Assembly: GCA_905331295.1 (NCBI GenBank)
Contig: CAJNYD010000253.1
Location: 124,001-173,500, forward strand
Origin: Rotaria socialis
Taxonomy: Eukaryota
Direction: 5' to 3'
DNA: 49,500 nt
The position numbers were made by a program, and so were the translations under genes. A model generated the notes under the pieces. It worked only from the letters and a program-made list of their open reading frames with translations, was not told the DNA's origin and did not search any database. Every line of letters starts with the position of its first letter. Within the stretch, counting starts at the first letter, position 1. Of this stretch, positions 38,005 to 49,500 are shown piece after piece.

Positions 38005-38423
38005 ATGATTTTCGGTACTCAAGATCATCGCGTCACAAAATGACGAAAAAGATGCGTACGTCGAGAAAGCAAAAGCAAAAGAAATTATATGAACTATCCT
38101 AGATGGCTCGTCAGTATTCTCTATTTTTATTGCATTCGTATTGAACGTTTCATTATTTCTATGATCAATAGGTTAGATGATTTGTAAACCAATAAAGCAT
38201 TTGGTAACATATGTTGATTACGTCACTTTAATTATCTCGAGACAAATTTCTTTCATTTTCGTCATTTTGGAACCACATTTACGAACGAACTGAACTGCAG
38301 ATTCAGGATTGGAAAACAGGGGCAAAAAGTTCGATCTTGATAAATCGATCTCGTGTTTCAAAGAATTTCCTATGATTTTTGGTTCTCGAGATCATCGCAT
38401 CACAAAACGACGAAATGATGCTT
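38005..38423. repeat. Diverged direct repeat of about 55 bp (38005-38060 and 38372-38423), probably TE-derived
   Basis: atgattttcggtactcaagatcatcgcgtcacaaaatgacgaaa vs atgatttttggttctcgagatcatcgcatcacaaaacgacgaaa. Confidence 0.65.
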
Positions 38424-38583
38424 ATGGTCAAGTAAAAAAGAAGGTAAAAAAAACTCGCGACGGACTACAGAAATGCTATGCACCGCATCGCATTAAAAAA
38501 ACTGACATATTGACACATCATTGAATCAGTCTCCAGCATCTAAATCAGCCACAGCACCAGTGAATGGGTGTGGACGGAGTAGC

Positions 38584-38959
38584 TGTCTAATTCGAGTTCG
38601 AATATAAATGGAGAAAAGAAAAAGTTAAACTAAAACTAAATCTATTCCTAGATTTAGTTTTAGTTTAATTCTCCGATATATGCAACATATGAATACATAT
38701 ATACCCTTTACCCGCACCCACATTTGAGCACTCTTCCATGGTATCCATCACCCATAACCACATTTGAAGTATCCCGGATACTCCCCCTGCACCCCTTCCG
38801 GGTACCCTTCCCTCACATCCACAGTTACTCCTTAGTCTCACTCAACCCACACCCACTCCATCTTAAACTAAATATAAAACTAAATCTATTTCTATCACTT
38901 ATTTTCGAATGGATACCATGCAGTTGGGTCTCCATTTATATTCGAATTCGAACTAGGCA
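38584..38959. mobile_element. MITE with about 30-bp TIRs, internal palindrome and C-rich core
   Basis: ctaattcgagttcgaatataaatggaga at left matches the reverse complement of tctccatttatattcgaattcgaactag at right. Internal hairpin aaactaaaactaaatcta..tagatttagttttagttt at about 38627-38667. Confidence 0.78.
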
Positions 38960-39559
38960 TCTCATGGAATTTGGATTGTTCGTCTTCTAATCAACCACAT
39001 TCAAACCCATGGACACAGCCAAAATTCATTTAAGTAAAAGCGCAGACTGACAACAAGCCAAATACCAAATGCTATAAATAGTGAAAAATAGCATTGCAAC
39101 AGCGCTTTCAGCGAAATTTTTTTCTTTCAAAAGTTCACATTATCTATATATGGTGATGAATCATCATAACTACTGCGTGCACAAGAAACGACTTTTTCTC
39201 ATTGCTCTCCATTCTGGCCAACTAACAAGATAATTTGACTCATCTTTTCATTTGTCATATACGTTTCTTTCGTCCATGATTTTAGTCCGCGGTTGCATAC
39301 ATCATATTATGTCGGTGTGGAAATCACTGCTTCTCTCAAGGATGGACCCACAGTCACACCCACTCAGCCACCCGCACCCAACAAATAAATGAAGGTGTGA
39401 AAGTTATCTTTCAATTAAAAAGCAAAGAAAAGTTTATGTTTTATCTCCTACGTAGAAAAATGAATAGTCAACAGAGATCACAAATACTGAAATGGATATG
39501 GAAACCATATTTTATTTATAATAATTAAAAAGTCTAAGCAGGCTCTTAAAAAAATGTAA

Positions 39560-42040
39560 AATCGTAAGTCTTGCATAAAAAAGAACATTTTTCTAATGAA
39601 AGATCTAATATTAACAGCAAAATCTGCATCTTTAATTGTAATACACATTGGAGATTTCATACGAAAAATATTTCCAAAATGACCACCTTTACCTAATAAT
39701 AAACCACTATTTCAACAATGATTTTAAATTGCATTCATTTTTTCTATTGGAAATGGTTTACGTGATTCCTATTCAATTAAAACATAAAGCAATTAAACAT
39801 TTCTATGAAATTTTTTTCTATTACTTTATCTGTCACCATTTCCATTCCAATAAGTAAACTTTCCGGGAATATCACCAATAACATTAGGTAATTGATCACG
39901 TAATTCTGCTAAACTGTTTAATAAATGTGTTCCAACTCGAAGAGAATTTTCTTGTAATTTTTCTTCTTTTATAACATCAAGTACATTTGATGCAACAGCA
40001 CATCCAATAGGATTTCCACCATATGTATTAAAATAATTTTCAACAGTTTTAGCTATTTCAGGTCGAGTTACAGCAGCAGCAAATGGAAATCTATTAGTTA
40101 TGACTTTAGCCATAACAACTAAAACAAAAGTAATGTTAAATAAATTTCATTTTAATATCTTATTTCCCAATATCAGGTTTAGCTCCATGTCCTTGATATT
40201 CCCAAAAATGAGTTTCTGTACGACCAAATCCACTTGGAGCCTAAATTAGACATATTTATAAAAAAAAGAATCATGCTATCATTTTGAACAAACTTCATCA
40301 GCAATATATAATCCACCATTTTGTTGTACACGTCCTGTTGCTGGTTTAACGTAATGCTTTCGATATTGTACCGAACCACCATATCCCTTAAATAGATCAA
40401 ATAATTTATTTATGTCTTATCATTTGAAAAATAGATAAAATAAACTTGAACTGATTCAATAAACATTCCAACTACTTTCTTTTTAGAAACTTCATGATTA
40501 AGTATTTCTTCTAACTGTCCAACATATCGGTCTGATGCTTGACGATGATCTTTTTGACAATACAGTATGGATCAGGATTCATAGCAACTCGACTTTCAGT
40601 TAACTATGTTCGTTTAAATCTAATTAAAAAACGAATTTTATAAAAGAAATAAAAATAAACAAAGTTTAATTCATCCTCCAATATTTGTTAAACATAAAGT
40701 CGATTGAATAACATCATGATAAGAGTTTCTATTGAGAAAACAAATTAATTGACTATTAATTGAATTCTTCTGTTTATTTTAACCTGAGTGTAATAACTTC
40801 ATGCTATTTTGTATGTTCTTTAGCTAAATGTAATGCTAAATCATTTGCTTCTGAACCACTATTTACAAATAAACAAACCTATAAAAACAAGAAAGAAAAA
40901 TTCTAATTATTATTTATTACAATGTTTATGCTTACCGATACATATTTATCATTGTTAGTCGGTAACACTAACTAATATCTTTTATTTCTTCAAACCAAAC
41001 TAATTAGAGTCAGTGTTTCTAATAGAAATCTGAAGTAAAATGTTTTTGTACATTATGTTTATGTGAAAAACGTGTATCTTCACCCTTTGATTTTATAAAC
41101 AAAGTGTATCAAAGTGTAAATAAACGAAAAGAGGTCAGATAATCTAGAAAGATAATAAGAAAAATTCTTTTTTATCTGTTTCATAGAGAAAGAAAGTCAC
41201 ATAAATTATAAACAACCAAACAAGAGCATTACTAGGTGTTGCTACTTTTTATCCAATATTATCACATTCAGTTGAATACTTTTCATTCATAGCATGTACG
41301 GTTATTGATGAATTAATAAATANTTTCCAGCGCTTTCCGGCCGTTTCTCGTCGTACCTCCACGACCTGGGAAGTGATGATGACGACGGCAGTAATTTAAT
41401 TCCGTCCAAACAGACAAAGATTTAGCGAAATGAGTTTTCGTGATCTAACATCAAAGTGTTATTTTCTTTTTCAAAGTGTACGCCTTACAATTTTGTTTTC
41501 TGAGCAACATGTAAATCAGAGTGTATTTCGGAAACAGCAGGTGTTCCAGATATTTTGCTTTTGCTGTGTACACTTGCTGTTAGAAACACTGATTCGAGTT
41601 CCTCTTACAACAAATTTTACTTAACTACTCGAAAAAGGAAGAAGATAAGTTGATCTAATGACCAACGGCGAGAATAAGATATAGAAGAGAGGTAGGGGAT
41701 CACAGATTGCGCCACTACCTAACAGTCATCCTTGAAATGTTCTAATAATTTTTCAGCATAATCACGTGCAGGATCTTGCAAATAATATGCAGATACATGC
41801 CAATATTTTTTCATTTTTTTGTATTGCTGCTTTAATCAATCGTGGATGACAATGACCAACACCAACAGTAACTATACCAGTAAAAAAATCCATATAACGT
41901 TTTCCACTTGTATCATAAATAAATTGACGTTCAGCACGAGCAACATGTAAATGTTCTTTATATTGAAGAAAAGGAAATGAAAGATGTTAAGCAAAAAATG
42001 CATCAATTGATTTTCTATTTGTTGGTGCACCTCGAATTAT
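39560..42040 (-). pseudogene. AGXT2: Alanine--glyoxylate aminotransferase 2 (class III PLP aminotransferase) pseudogene
   Basis: GKRYMDFFTGIVTVGVGHCHP, FVNSGSEANDLA, VMAK, NTYGGNPIGCAVA, SPMCIT..DADFAV. In-frame TAG at 40804-40806, broken frames around 40200-40600, and about 0.8 kb of unrelated sequence at 40940-41725. Confidence 0.88.
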
Positions 42041-43769
42041 CTACTTAGAGAAAATAAATGAAACAATCAAAACAACATTTTTCTTCAGTATATGTTTTTT
42101 TTTAAATAGGATCAGCAAAAACATGGGTTATGGCGTTGTGAAGAACGAAGGAAAAATAAAACAATTGATCGAGGAAGAAAAAAAATAATATGGTGTGATG
42201 TTAAATTTTATTTCTAACTAGACTATCTGAAATGTACAGGTGGAACTGAGTTATTTTCGATATCAAATCATGTGCAAATATTTAAGCTCATATGAGACCT
42301 CTGGCATGGACACTTTCAACGGTCGATCAATTGTTTCTCGATTGTATTATTTAATGACTTTTTGCATTTATATACAAGTTTCAATTAACACTATTGCTAA
42401 CAACTATGTAGTAGAAATATAAATGACAAACACAGCTAATGGTAAACCTAATACCAAACGCATGCAGTGAGAACCGAGAAATAGATTTCGTTCGAATATC
42501 CTTAACGAACCAAAATAAGGTCAAAGCATTATTTCAATATTCATATTTATTGATTACCAAATAATAGTTTATCTTTTTATTGTATAGATAATTTTAGAAA
42601 CCACTTTTGACCTGATGTAAACGGATTACGAAGAGAATTTTTCTTGTTAATTCGTTTGTCTTTATTCGATTATTGAGAAAGTAAATAATTCATACTAATC
42701 TGCTTCAGTATACTGATACAGTCGAGCTAAATTCATATTGAAATAAATTGATTGAAAACAACACTTCCGCGAGTGCATTGTGTGTATTTATCGTTCAAAA
42801 TATGTGTAAAATGAACAATTAGTATAGACCGGTCTTCGCATTTCTATATCCATTTCTTATTAGTATACAAGACACGCTCTAAGGGGAGTCACTGTATAAA
42901 GGACAAATCCCTTCCAAAGGGAAAGAAACAATAAATAGAAAATTGTTGTAATGTGTAAGGAAAGATCAATAATACAATAGGTTAAGATAGTATTTTGTTG
43001 GACTAATGTTGCTACATATAAAGAAAGTTTTAGTTGGTTATTTGGATCTGTTCTTCCATTAGAAACATACAAATTTTCTTGCTAAATTAGTCCTCATCAA
43101 ATCATAACGACACCATTATGTGTGAAGAAAAGTCTATATTCTAATTGGATTACGAAGGGACGGACGAAACAGTAAAATATATCTAGGTCGTTCATGTTAC
43201 TTTTCTTTTAAAAGAATGTTATAACTTGCTTTATCTATTTCTAGTCAAGTTGCCGAGTGACTAATGAACGAGAAGAAATATTCGTATATTCTAATCGTTC
43301 TGTCGTGTTAAGAACATTTCTTTCTTCTGAAAGAGTTTGTTTACATCACCAGAAAGAATTACTATTATCTGCTTGCTTAATTTAATGTGACATAATTCTG
43401 GTCTATTTTATTACCTTTTAGTTCTTGATATATATCTTCTATTTATTTCTTCTTCAAATTGATTCCAAATGGCTCATTCGATATACAATATACAATACTG
43501 TAACAAAAAACTTTATCCATGTCTGACAGCCATATTACAGATCGAATGCAATGATGAAATTCATTTGTCTTTCATACGGGTTATTCTTGAAACTTTCGAC
43601 ACAGCAAAAAACGAAAGACTTTTGTGGGGCGGAATAGGTAAGTGAAATTTTTACCACACACATACAGGTTAAGCGAGACAATGTTATCCTTAAGAGAACA
43701 AAATGATCGAATAGTTTAGCGAATATAAGATGCTTGTGATTAACATTTTAAATCAAACCTCTACAAATT

Positions 43770-44430
43770 CTCCTTCCTGTTCCTTATCTTTCTATGCTTT
43801 TCAAACAAAAAGATTATTTTGATCCGCCTTCGTTTTGAGACAAATATTTGCATTCCTCCCATTTCTTAAACAAAAAGATTTTCTTTATCTTTGTTTCAAA
43901 ATATCAAGACCTCCTTTATTTGTACTATTTCAAAGATAAATGCTCATCCATCTATGTCTTCCAAAAAAAAACTTCCATCATTACTGCTACTTCGAATATA
44001 AATATTTTCTTTGTTTTTTTAAGGTAAAGCAATGCTTTCCTTTGCTTTTTTCAAAGATAAATATCTACCTCATCTTTGTTTTTGCAACAAAACATTTTCC
44101 CTACTAGTGCTGTTCCGAAGATAAATATTTATCTTCTCTTTGCCTTTCATGATTAACATGTTCCTTATAATTATAAGTGATATCCCGAAGTTAAATTTTT
44201 TCTTTGATTAAAATAAAGTATTTCTTTATTTCTGCTTTTCCAAGAATAATTAAATGCATTATGTTTGTTTTTCAAAACAAAGATTTTCTTTATTTATGCT
44301 TTTCCAAAGATAAATAATTTCCTCATTCTTGTATTGCGAAATGAAGATTGTTTTTATTTCTGTTTCTTCGAAGATAAATATGTTCTTGGTATCTATTTTT
44401 TAAAAATAGCGATTTTTGTTACTTCTGTTT
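43770..44430. repeat. Degenerate AT-rich tandem array (about 29-30 bp subunits, about 59 bp dimer)
   Basis: Recurring tgc(t)tttc(c)aaagataaat alternating with ttt(c)aaaacaaagattttctttat over about 650 bp. Confidence 0.65.
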
Positions 44431-45966
44431 GCAGTTGAAAGAAAAGTTATAGAATTTACATGTCTCTTCTTGAATTTTTAGCGGATTACTATCACCTGGT
44501 TGAAATGTTGGTAAATAAACCAATCACGTTTCGACAGTTTATTACACATACAAAGCTGTGTTTCCAAACACTGGCATCAAATAAGGCACCGATGAACAAT
44601 GAATATGCACTCATGTTACCAGAACGAAATAAACCATTTGTAATTTGTAGACAAAATTTGAAAGCAGCTTTATATATCTCTATTATTGTAGCTTTCATGG
44701 ATGATAGCGACGACAGAAATAGGTCGAATCAATATGTTTTCACATCAACAAATTCAGGTAGATGTATCATTGTCGATAGTCTCTGTTGTTATTAAATGAT
44801 ACTATTTTTTAGAACTTATTACAATGTTTTCAAAGCATTCAGGTAATATTGTCTTTGTTAGTTGAATCTATCTCTCAATAGAGTTCCTTGAGAATGCTTT
44901 AAATTTCGCGCGTATGCTGGGTTTAGTGTTGAAAGTCTAATAAACAGGAAAGATGCCGAAATGATCCATGCGGTTGTCATTGATAGTCTGTCCATATACC
45001 GAAGTGGTTATTCCAAGGTAAAAATCGTAAGAGGGTTTGAGCGCATTTGGCTTCTTTCGATTGTTATGAGCATTCCACTGATTCTTCCATCTAGCACAAG
45101 GTATGTGGAGAAAAGATGATCAATGAAATACTCTAGAAGTGTCATTGGAGAAAAATGGTTTCTTGTCGAAATATTGATTCTAAAAAGCTTGTCTCGTAAT
45201 CTCTAACATTTTAAACAATTGACTATTTTAAAAAATATATATCTCAAGGAGAAAGTATTTTTCGCAATGAAACGTTTAGAGTGTTCAATGATCACGAGAA
45301 CTAAGTATGAGAAAAATTTTCAGAATGAAATTCCGTTGTTGAATTTTTTGCCACACACCTTGTACCAGACAGGAAAAGCAGTAAAATGGTAACAACCTGC
45401 AAAGGAAGCTACATCTGTCTAAAGGCTCTTAGAGTTTTTTCTTACCATAGTGCTCCGACTTATCAACAAAATATCATTGAAAACGGCATGCATCAGCTGA
45501 GAACTTTCTATCCTCAGTGGAACCTGAGGATGAAGGTATTATCGTGACCATTGATTTTAGTCATCAATAATAACAATAGCTATCATCAACATTTATAAGT
45601 TGAAAACAAATTGATTGTCAGATAAAGGAGACAATGAAAGCCGTTCTAAAACTTGTAGCGTCAGTGTTTTTTCTTTTCTTAAAGATGATGTTTCATAGAA
45701 AGAAATTTAACCGACGATTTTTTTTCTTCAGTCACTGAACATGATCGCCGGTCATTATGTTCATCGTCCACATATATATCCGTCAAATATGATAAATATA
45801 TCGCTATTTGCTACTTCGACATGGTATTCGTTCTTTTTTATTTAGTGTCTCGTTCAGTCATCTTTGCATATGAATGAACGAAAGGAAACAATAAAAAAGG
45901 TTATATATATACTCAACACTATATTGTTCACATTCAGTCGTTACGTGCATTCACTTGTTTAGAAAA

Positions 45967-47642
45967 ATGAATTTCCACTTTCACATTACGGTGAGATATT
46001 TACTTCTATTTTATTTTTCTCCCATGACAGTACTATTAGATTACCTTCGTTTCTTTTGCAGTTTCTCTACTTATCGTTAACCCAGGGTTATGCGCCTGAA
46101 AAAAATGCATAGTAATATACTACAGATGGGCTGTTCCGACAAAGTTCTATTCAAGTTTTTAATTTTTAGGCTACACTGAAATATAGTCAACACTCAGTCG
46201 ATCTATGTAAAAATTTTTGGGTTTATATAAACCTCAATTAGACCTCTGTGGGTCTATTCATTTGTTTAGTGAAGATGATATGAATTCAGAATAAAGATGT
46301 TTTTAGCCAGAGACTATGTTATACATTTCTCTTTTTATCAATGCTAGTTAAAGCAACATTTTTTGACATTGACCATTGAAGCAGGATTTTCAAATATGCG
46401 TGTTAGAATCGGGAAGAAAAGAAAGAAATAGTGAGCGCAAGTTTGAACTGGATTTGTTCCTGATACAAGGAGTTGACCTACTATCTAATTGGTACTATCC
46501 ATCTGTTTAGTTTATAGTATAAAATTATGAGATATCGCCATTCATCAATTAGTCTGTCGATCAAGGTTCATTTTATCAACACTCACCTGTAAACCAAGTT
46601 AAGGGTTGAGATTGTAAGAATGCTTTTTCGTTCGAAGTTTTACAAGAGCAGTTAGTTATTTTCTTCAATGAAATTGAGCTTTTCATGATAGCATAATATC
46701 ATCTTATTACTTTCAGCGTCTCTATTAGACAAAGAATCTCACGATGAATTCCCATTAGTTCACTTTGACCATTTTCAATTCATGCATAGAACATATAGAT
46801 TTCTATTTCTATTTTTTGGAATAGGTTAATCAACCACAGCCTGTTATTAATATGAATGCTAATCCAACTATCAACAATATTAATCCAAATAGTTTTCTTT
46901 CACCAAGCCATCCTGCGACATATGCATCTCCAGCTTATGGTTTAAGTATGGGCTCAATGCCTGGACCAAGTCAATATCATGCTTCCAACATGCATTCTGA
47001 TCAAATGCCAATGGGATTTATGGCTGCGGACAACATGGAAAATATGCGGAAAATGTTTAAAGTAAGTTGCTTTGCACTATTTCCTTTCTTAGACTGCTAA
47101 AAATTGAATTCTGTTCTTGAGAGAACTTGAGTATCACGAAAATGGATCCGATCTCTTTGAGGAACTTTTTAAAGACAAAAAAATATTATGAAGTTACCCT
47201 ATAAATCCTTCAGCGATTAGTGCGTAAAATGGTTCACTAATAGTATAGCTTATATGATCAGAAATGAAGTAAAATATGAACGTAAATTGATTCAAGAATG
47301 CAATGGTTTATCATGTATTAGTAACCCAAATCGATGTTGTTTAATAGAGTTCAGTACTAATTATTTCGTTACCCATGCATTCTCGCGAATATTAGTTAGA
47401 AATAAAGATGAGTCAAAAAGATAAATCGGTTAATATGTAAGATAAGCTCTTTGGAAATTGGATAAGTACCTTAAGCTGTGTGTTTTGGCGTTGAGAAAAT
47501 TCTATTTTGTCGAATTATTTAAAATATGAAATGCTTGATTTTTATTCTCTTTTAGGTTTGTGAAGTGTGTGGTGAAATCAATCACGTGAACTCCAACAGC
47601 TGCATTCGTACTGGTTGTCCTCGTAATCGAATCAAACGATAA
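45967..47642 (+). CDS. Small 3-exon protein (115 aa): N/P/M/S-rich low-complexity region plus C-terminal Cys4 zinc-ribbon-like motif
   Basis: Exons 45967-45990, 46825-47061 and 47556-47642, all phase 0 with GT-AG. Ends KVCEVCGEINHVNSNSCIRTGCPRNRIKR*; AATAAA at about 47685. Confidence 0.7.
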
Positions 47643-48493
47643 AATGTTTTTTTTCTGTTGTTATTTTCTTTTTTTCTTTTCAAAAATAAAGATGTTCAGT
47701 TAGAGATCATTGTGTTATATTTTATCTTGCAGAATTCGTATGTTGTGCTCCGTATGCAATAGAAAAATAAGACTTATTTGTGGTTGATTCATTCTAATGT
47801 ACACCATGTGGGATTCAATTTAATAACGTTTGAAAATAAATTTTCAGGTATAGATTTCTATCGTCATCGTTCGATGGTAAGTATTTCATTAGACATGGTT
47901 CATATTTGTCTGAAAACAGTATCTTTAGAATATGTATAAATGCTTTTATCAAGAATTGATGGTTTAAATTTTCGTCTCTGTTCCACTGCACGTTGAAAAT
48001 ATCTCTTAGTAAGATGCATTAAGAAGGATTTGCAATGCAAGCCAAAGCATTGTTTCTCTAAAAAGAATTTATCTTTGTTCAATGTTCATTTGAAGTGTGC
48101 GATGGTGGTTTGGTAACTTAGAAATCTTTCATGAGAAAAAATTGAATGATTTGTGACTTTTTAAATAGGCATTATCATTCAGTATTATCAATATGAGAAT
48201 CTATTAAAATTAAAAAGTCAACTGCTACCTTTTTTCCAGCTTATTTGACAAACTACTTCTTTTGTAAATCGTAATACAGTGCCTTGAGTAAAAGAAGACT
48301 CATTTGTACACTTCACTAATACAAACTAAATATACAAGAACACTTGTTTCAGATATACTTTATAAATACTGATGTTTCATCAGCATAATTATTAGAATTA
48401 AATTGTAGTTTTTTTTTGTGCGAAACTTTCTCACTAAGGTTATCTTAACAATTCACGTCGGCGTCGATACTCTTGTTCCCACTTACTATAGGA

Positions 48494-48563
48494 TGTGGGT
48501 GTGGGTGTGGGGGTATGAATGTGAATGAGTAGAGTACAAATAGCCACACCCACACCCACACCC
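48494..48563. repeat. Inverted telomere-like repeats (TGTGGG)3 - spacer - (CCCACA)3
   Basis: tgtgggtgtgggtgtggg at 48494-48511 and ccacacccacacccacaccc at 48544-48563. TGTGGG is the telomeric repeat reported for the bdelloid Adineta vaga. Confidence 0.7.
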
Positions 48564-48569
48564 TCAAGT

Positions 48570-49395
48570 TTATGGACCATCCAGTCCAAAACAATTATGG
48601 GAGTCGTACAAAGAAAGCTTGACTGAAGACATTTTGACAAATGCTTGCAGACAAAATCCTGGAATGAATTTGGATTATACACCAGATATGTTTAACCAAG
48701 CACTGATTATTATTGAAAGTAAAGTTTTAGAGATGGGTGGCAAAGAACTTGAGAAATTAGAGCTCCCAACTTCTCAACGAAATTCGGGTGATCGATTAAA
48801 CAGTGAAATGCTCAGAGAAACAAGTTATGATGTGAAAGAGTTGGATGCTTATATAACAGCAAATGAGCCACTGTTGGTGCCGGATCAGAGAGCTGCATAC
48901 AATGCGATTTTGACTCAGATCGAGAAGAAAACTAGTGGAACAATCTTTCTTGATGCACCTGATGGAACAGGGAAGACATTTGTCATTAATTTGCTATTGG
49001 CTAAAATCCGGCATCAGTCAAAGATTACGATTACGGTCGCCTCTTCCGGTATCGCTGCTACGCTGGTGCACGGTGGTCGTACTGCGCACTCGACATTAAA
49101 GCTACCTCTTAAGTTTTTGGAAAATCAAACTCATCTCTGTAGTATTACCAAAGGAACTGGCGAAGCAAAGGTTCTGCAAGAATGTGAACTTGTTGTATGG
49201 GATGAGTGCACAATGGCTCATAGGTATGCATTAGAAGCTTTGAACCATACTTTACAAGATCTTCGTAACAATGGAAAGAATATGGGTGGAGTAGTTGTAC
49301 TTATTGCTGGCGATTTTAGGCAAACATTACCAGTTATTCCAAAGGGTACCATGCCTGATGAGCTTAAGACTTGCTTGAAATCTTCGTATCTTTCG
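48570..49395 (+). mobile_element. Truncated Helitron Rep/Hel fragment (PIF1-type helicase region)
   Basis: PKQLWESYKESLTEDIL, DQRAAY, FLDAPDGTGKTF (normally DAPGGTGKT), VASSGIAATL..GGRTAHS, VWDECTM, GDFRQTLPVIP. Similarity ends at LKSSYL, and no Rep domain or termini are visible. Confidence 0.92.
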
Positions 49396-49500
49396 GAGCC
49401 AGAACAGCACGTTCACATAACCATTTGTGATCCTTGTAGTAAGTTTGAATGTTTGGAAGCACTTTACTTTTGAGTTCTTCGACTGATTCAACGATATTAC

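Noticed and set aside
43770..44430. CRISPR-like array
   Set aside because: Units are degenerate with no constant repeat/unique spacer structure, there are no cas genes, and the context is eukaryotic.
48274..48445. Tc1-like terminus TACAGTGCCTT
   Set aside because: No convincing matching TIR or transposase sequence.

Overview
AT-rich eukaryotic DNA with many short (about 50-60 nt) GT-AG introns. Gene content, intron size and TGTGGG repeats best fit a bdelloid rotifer (inferred, not proven). Positions 1-29.3 kb are a compact host-gene block: two tandem CaaX-terminated vWA genes, pumilio, an AIFM3-like oxidoreductase, a CPEB1/Orb-class gene, and a tightly packed same-strand run of six genes (WBP4, importin-alpha, an unknown membrane protein, WASHC3, POP4, PUSL1) that looks like a trans-spliced operon. 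Positions 29.5-39.5 kb are a transposon-littered island around one very large minus-strand gene. Its domains run DnaJ, FYVE-like, helical/TPR-like, DUF1598-like, low-complexity linker, then a C-terminal tip resembling a bacterial polymorphic-toxin nuclease. This candidate animal-encoded polymorphic toxin is the most interesting item, although MITE insertions and a decayed segment interrupt it. The remainder holds an AGXT2 pseudogene, a degenerate tandem repeat, a small 3-exon zinc-ribbon gene and a truncated Helitron helicase abutting inverted telomere-like repeats. All family calls come from motif recognition by eye; no searches were run.
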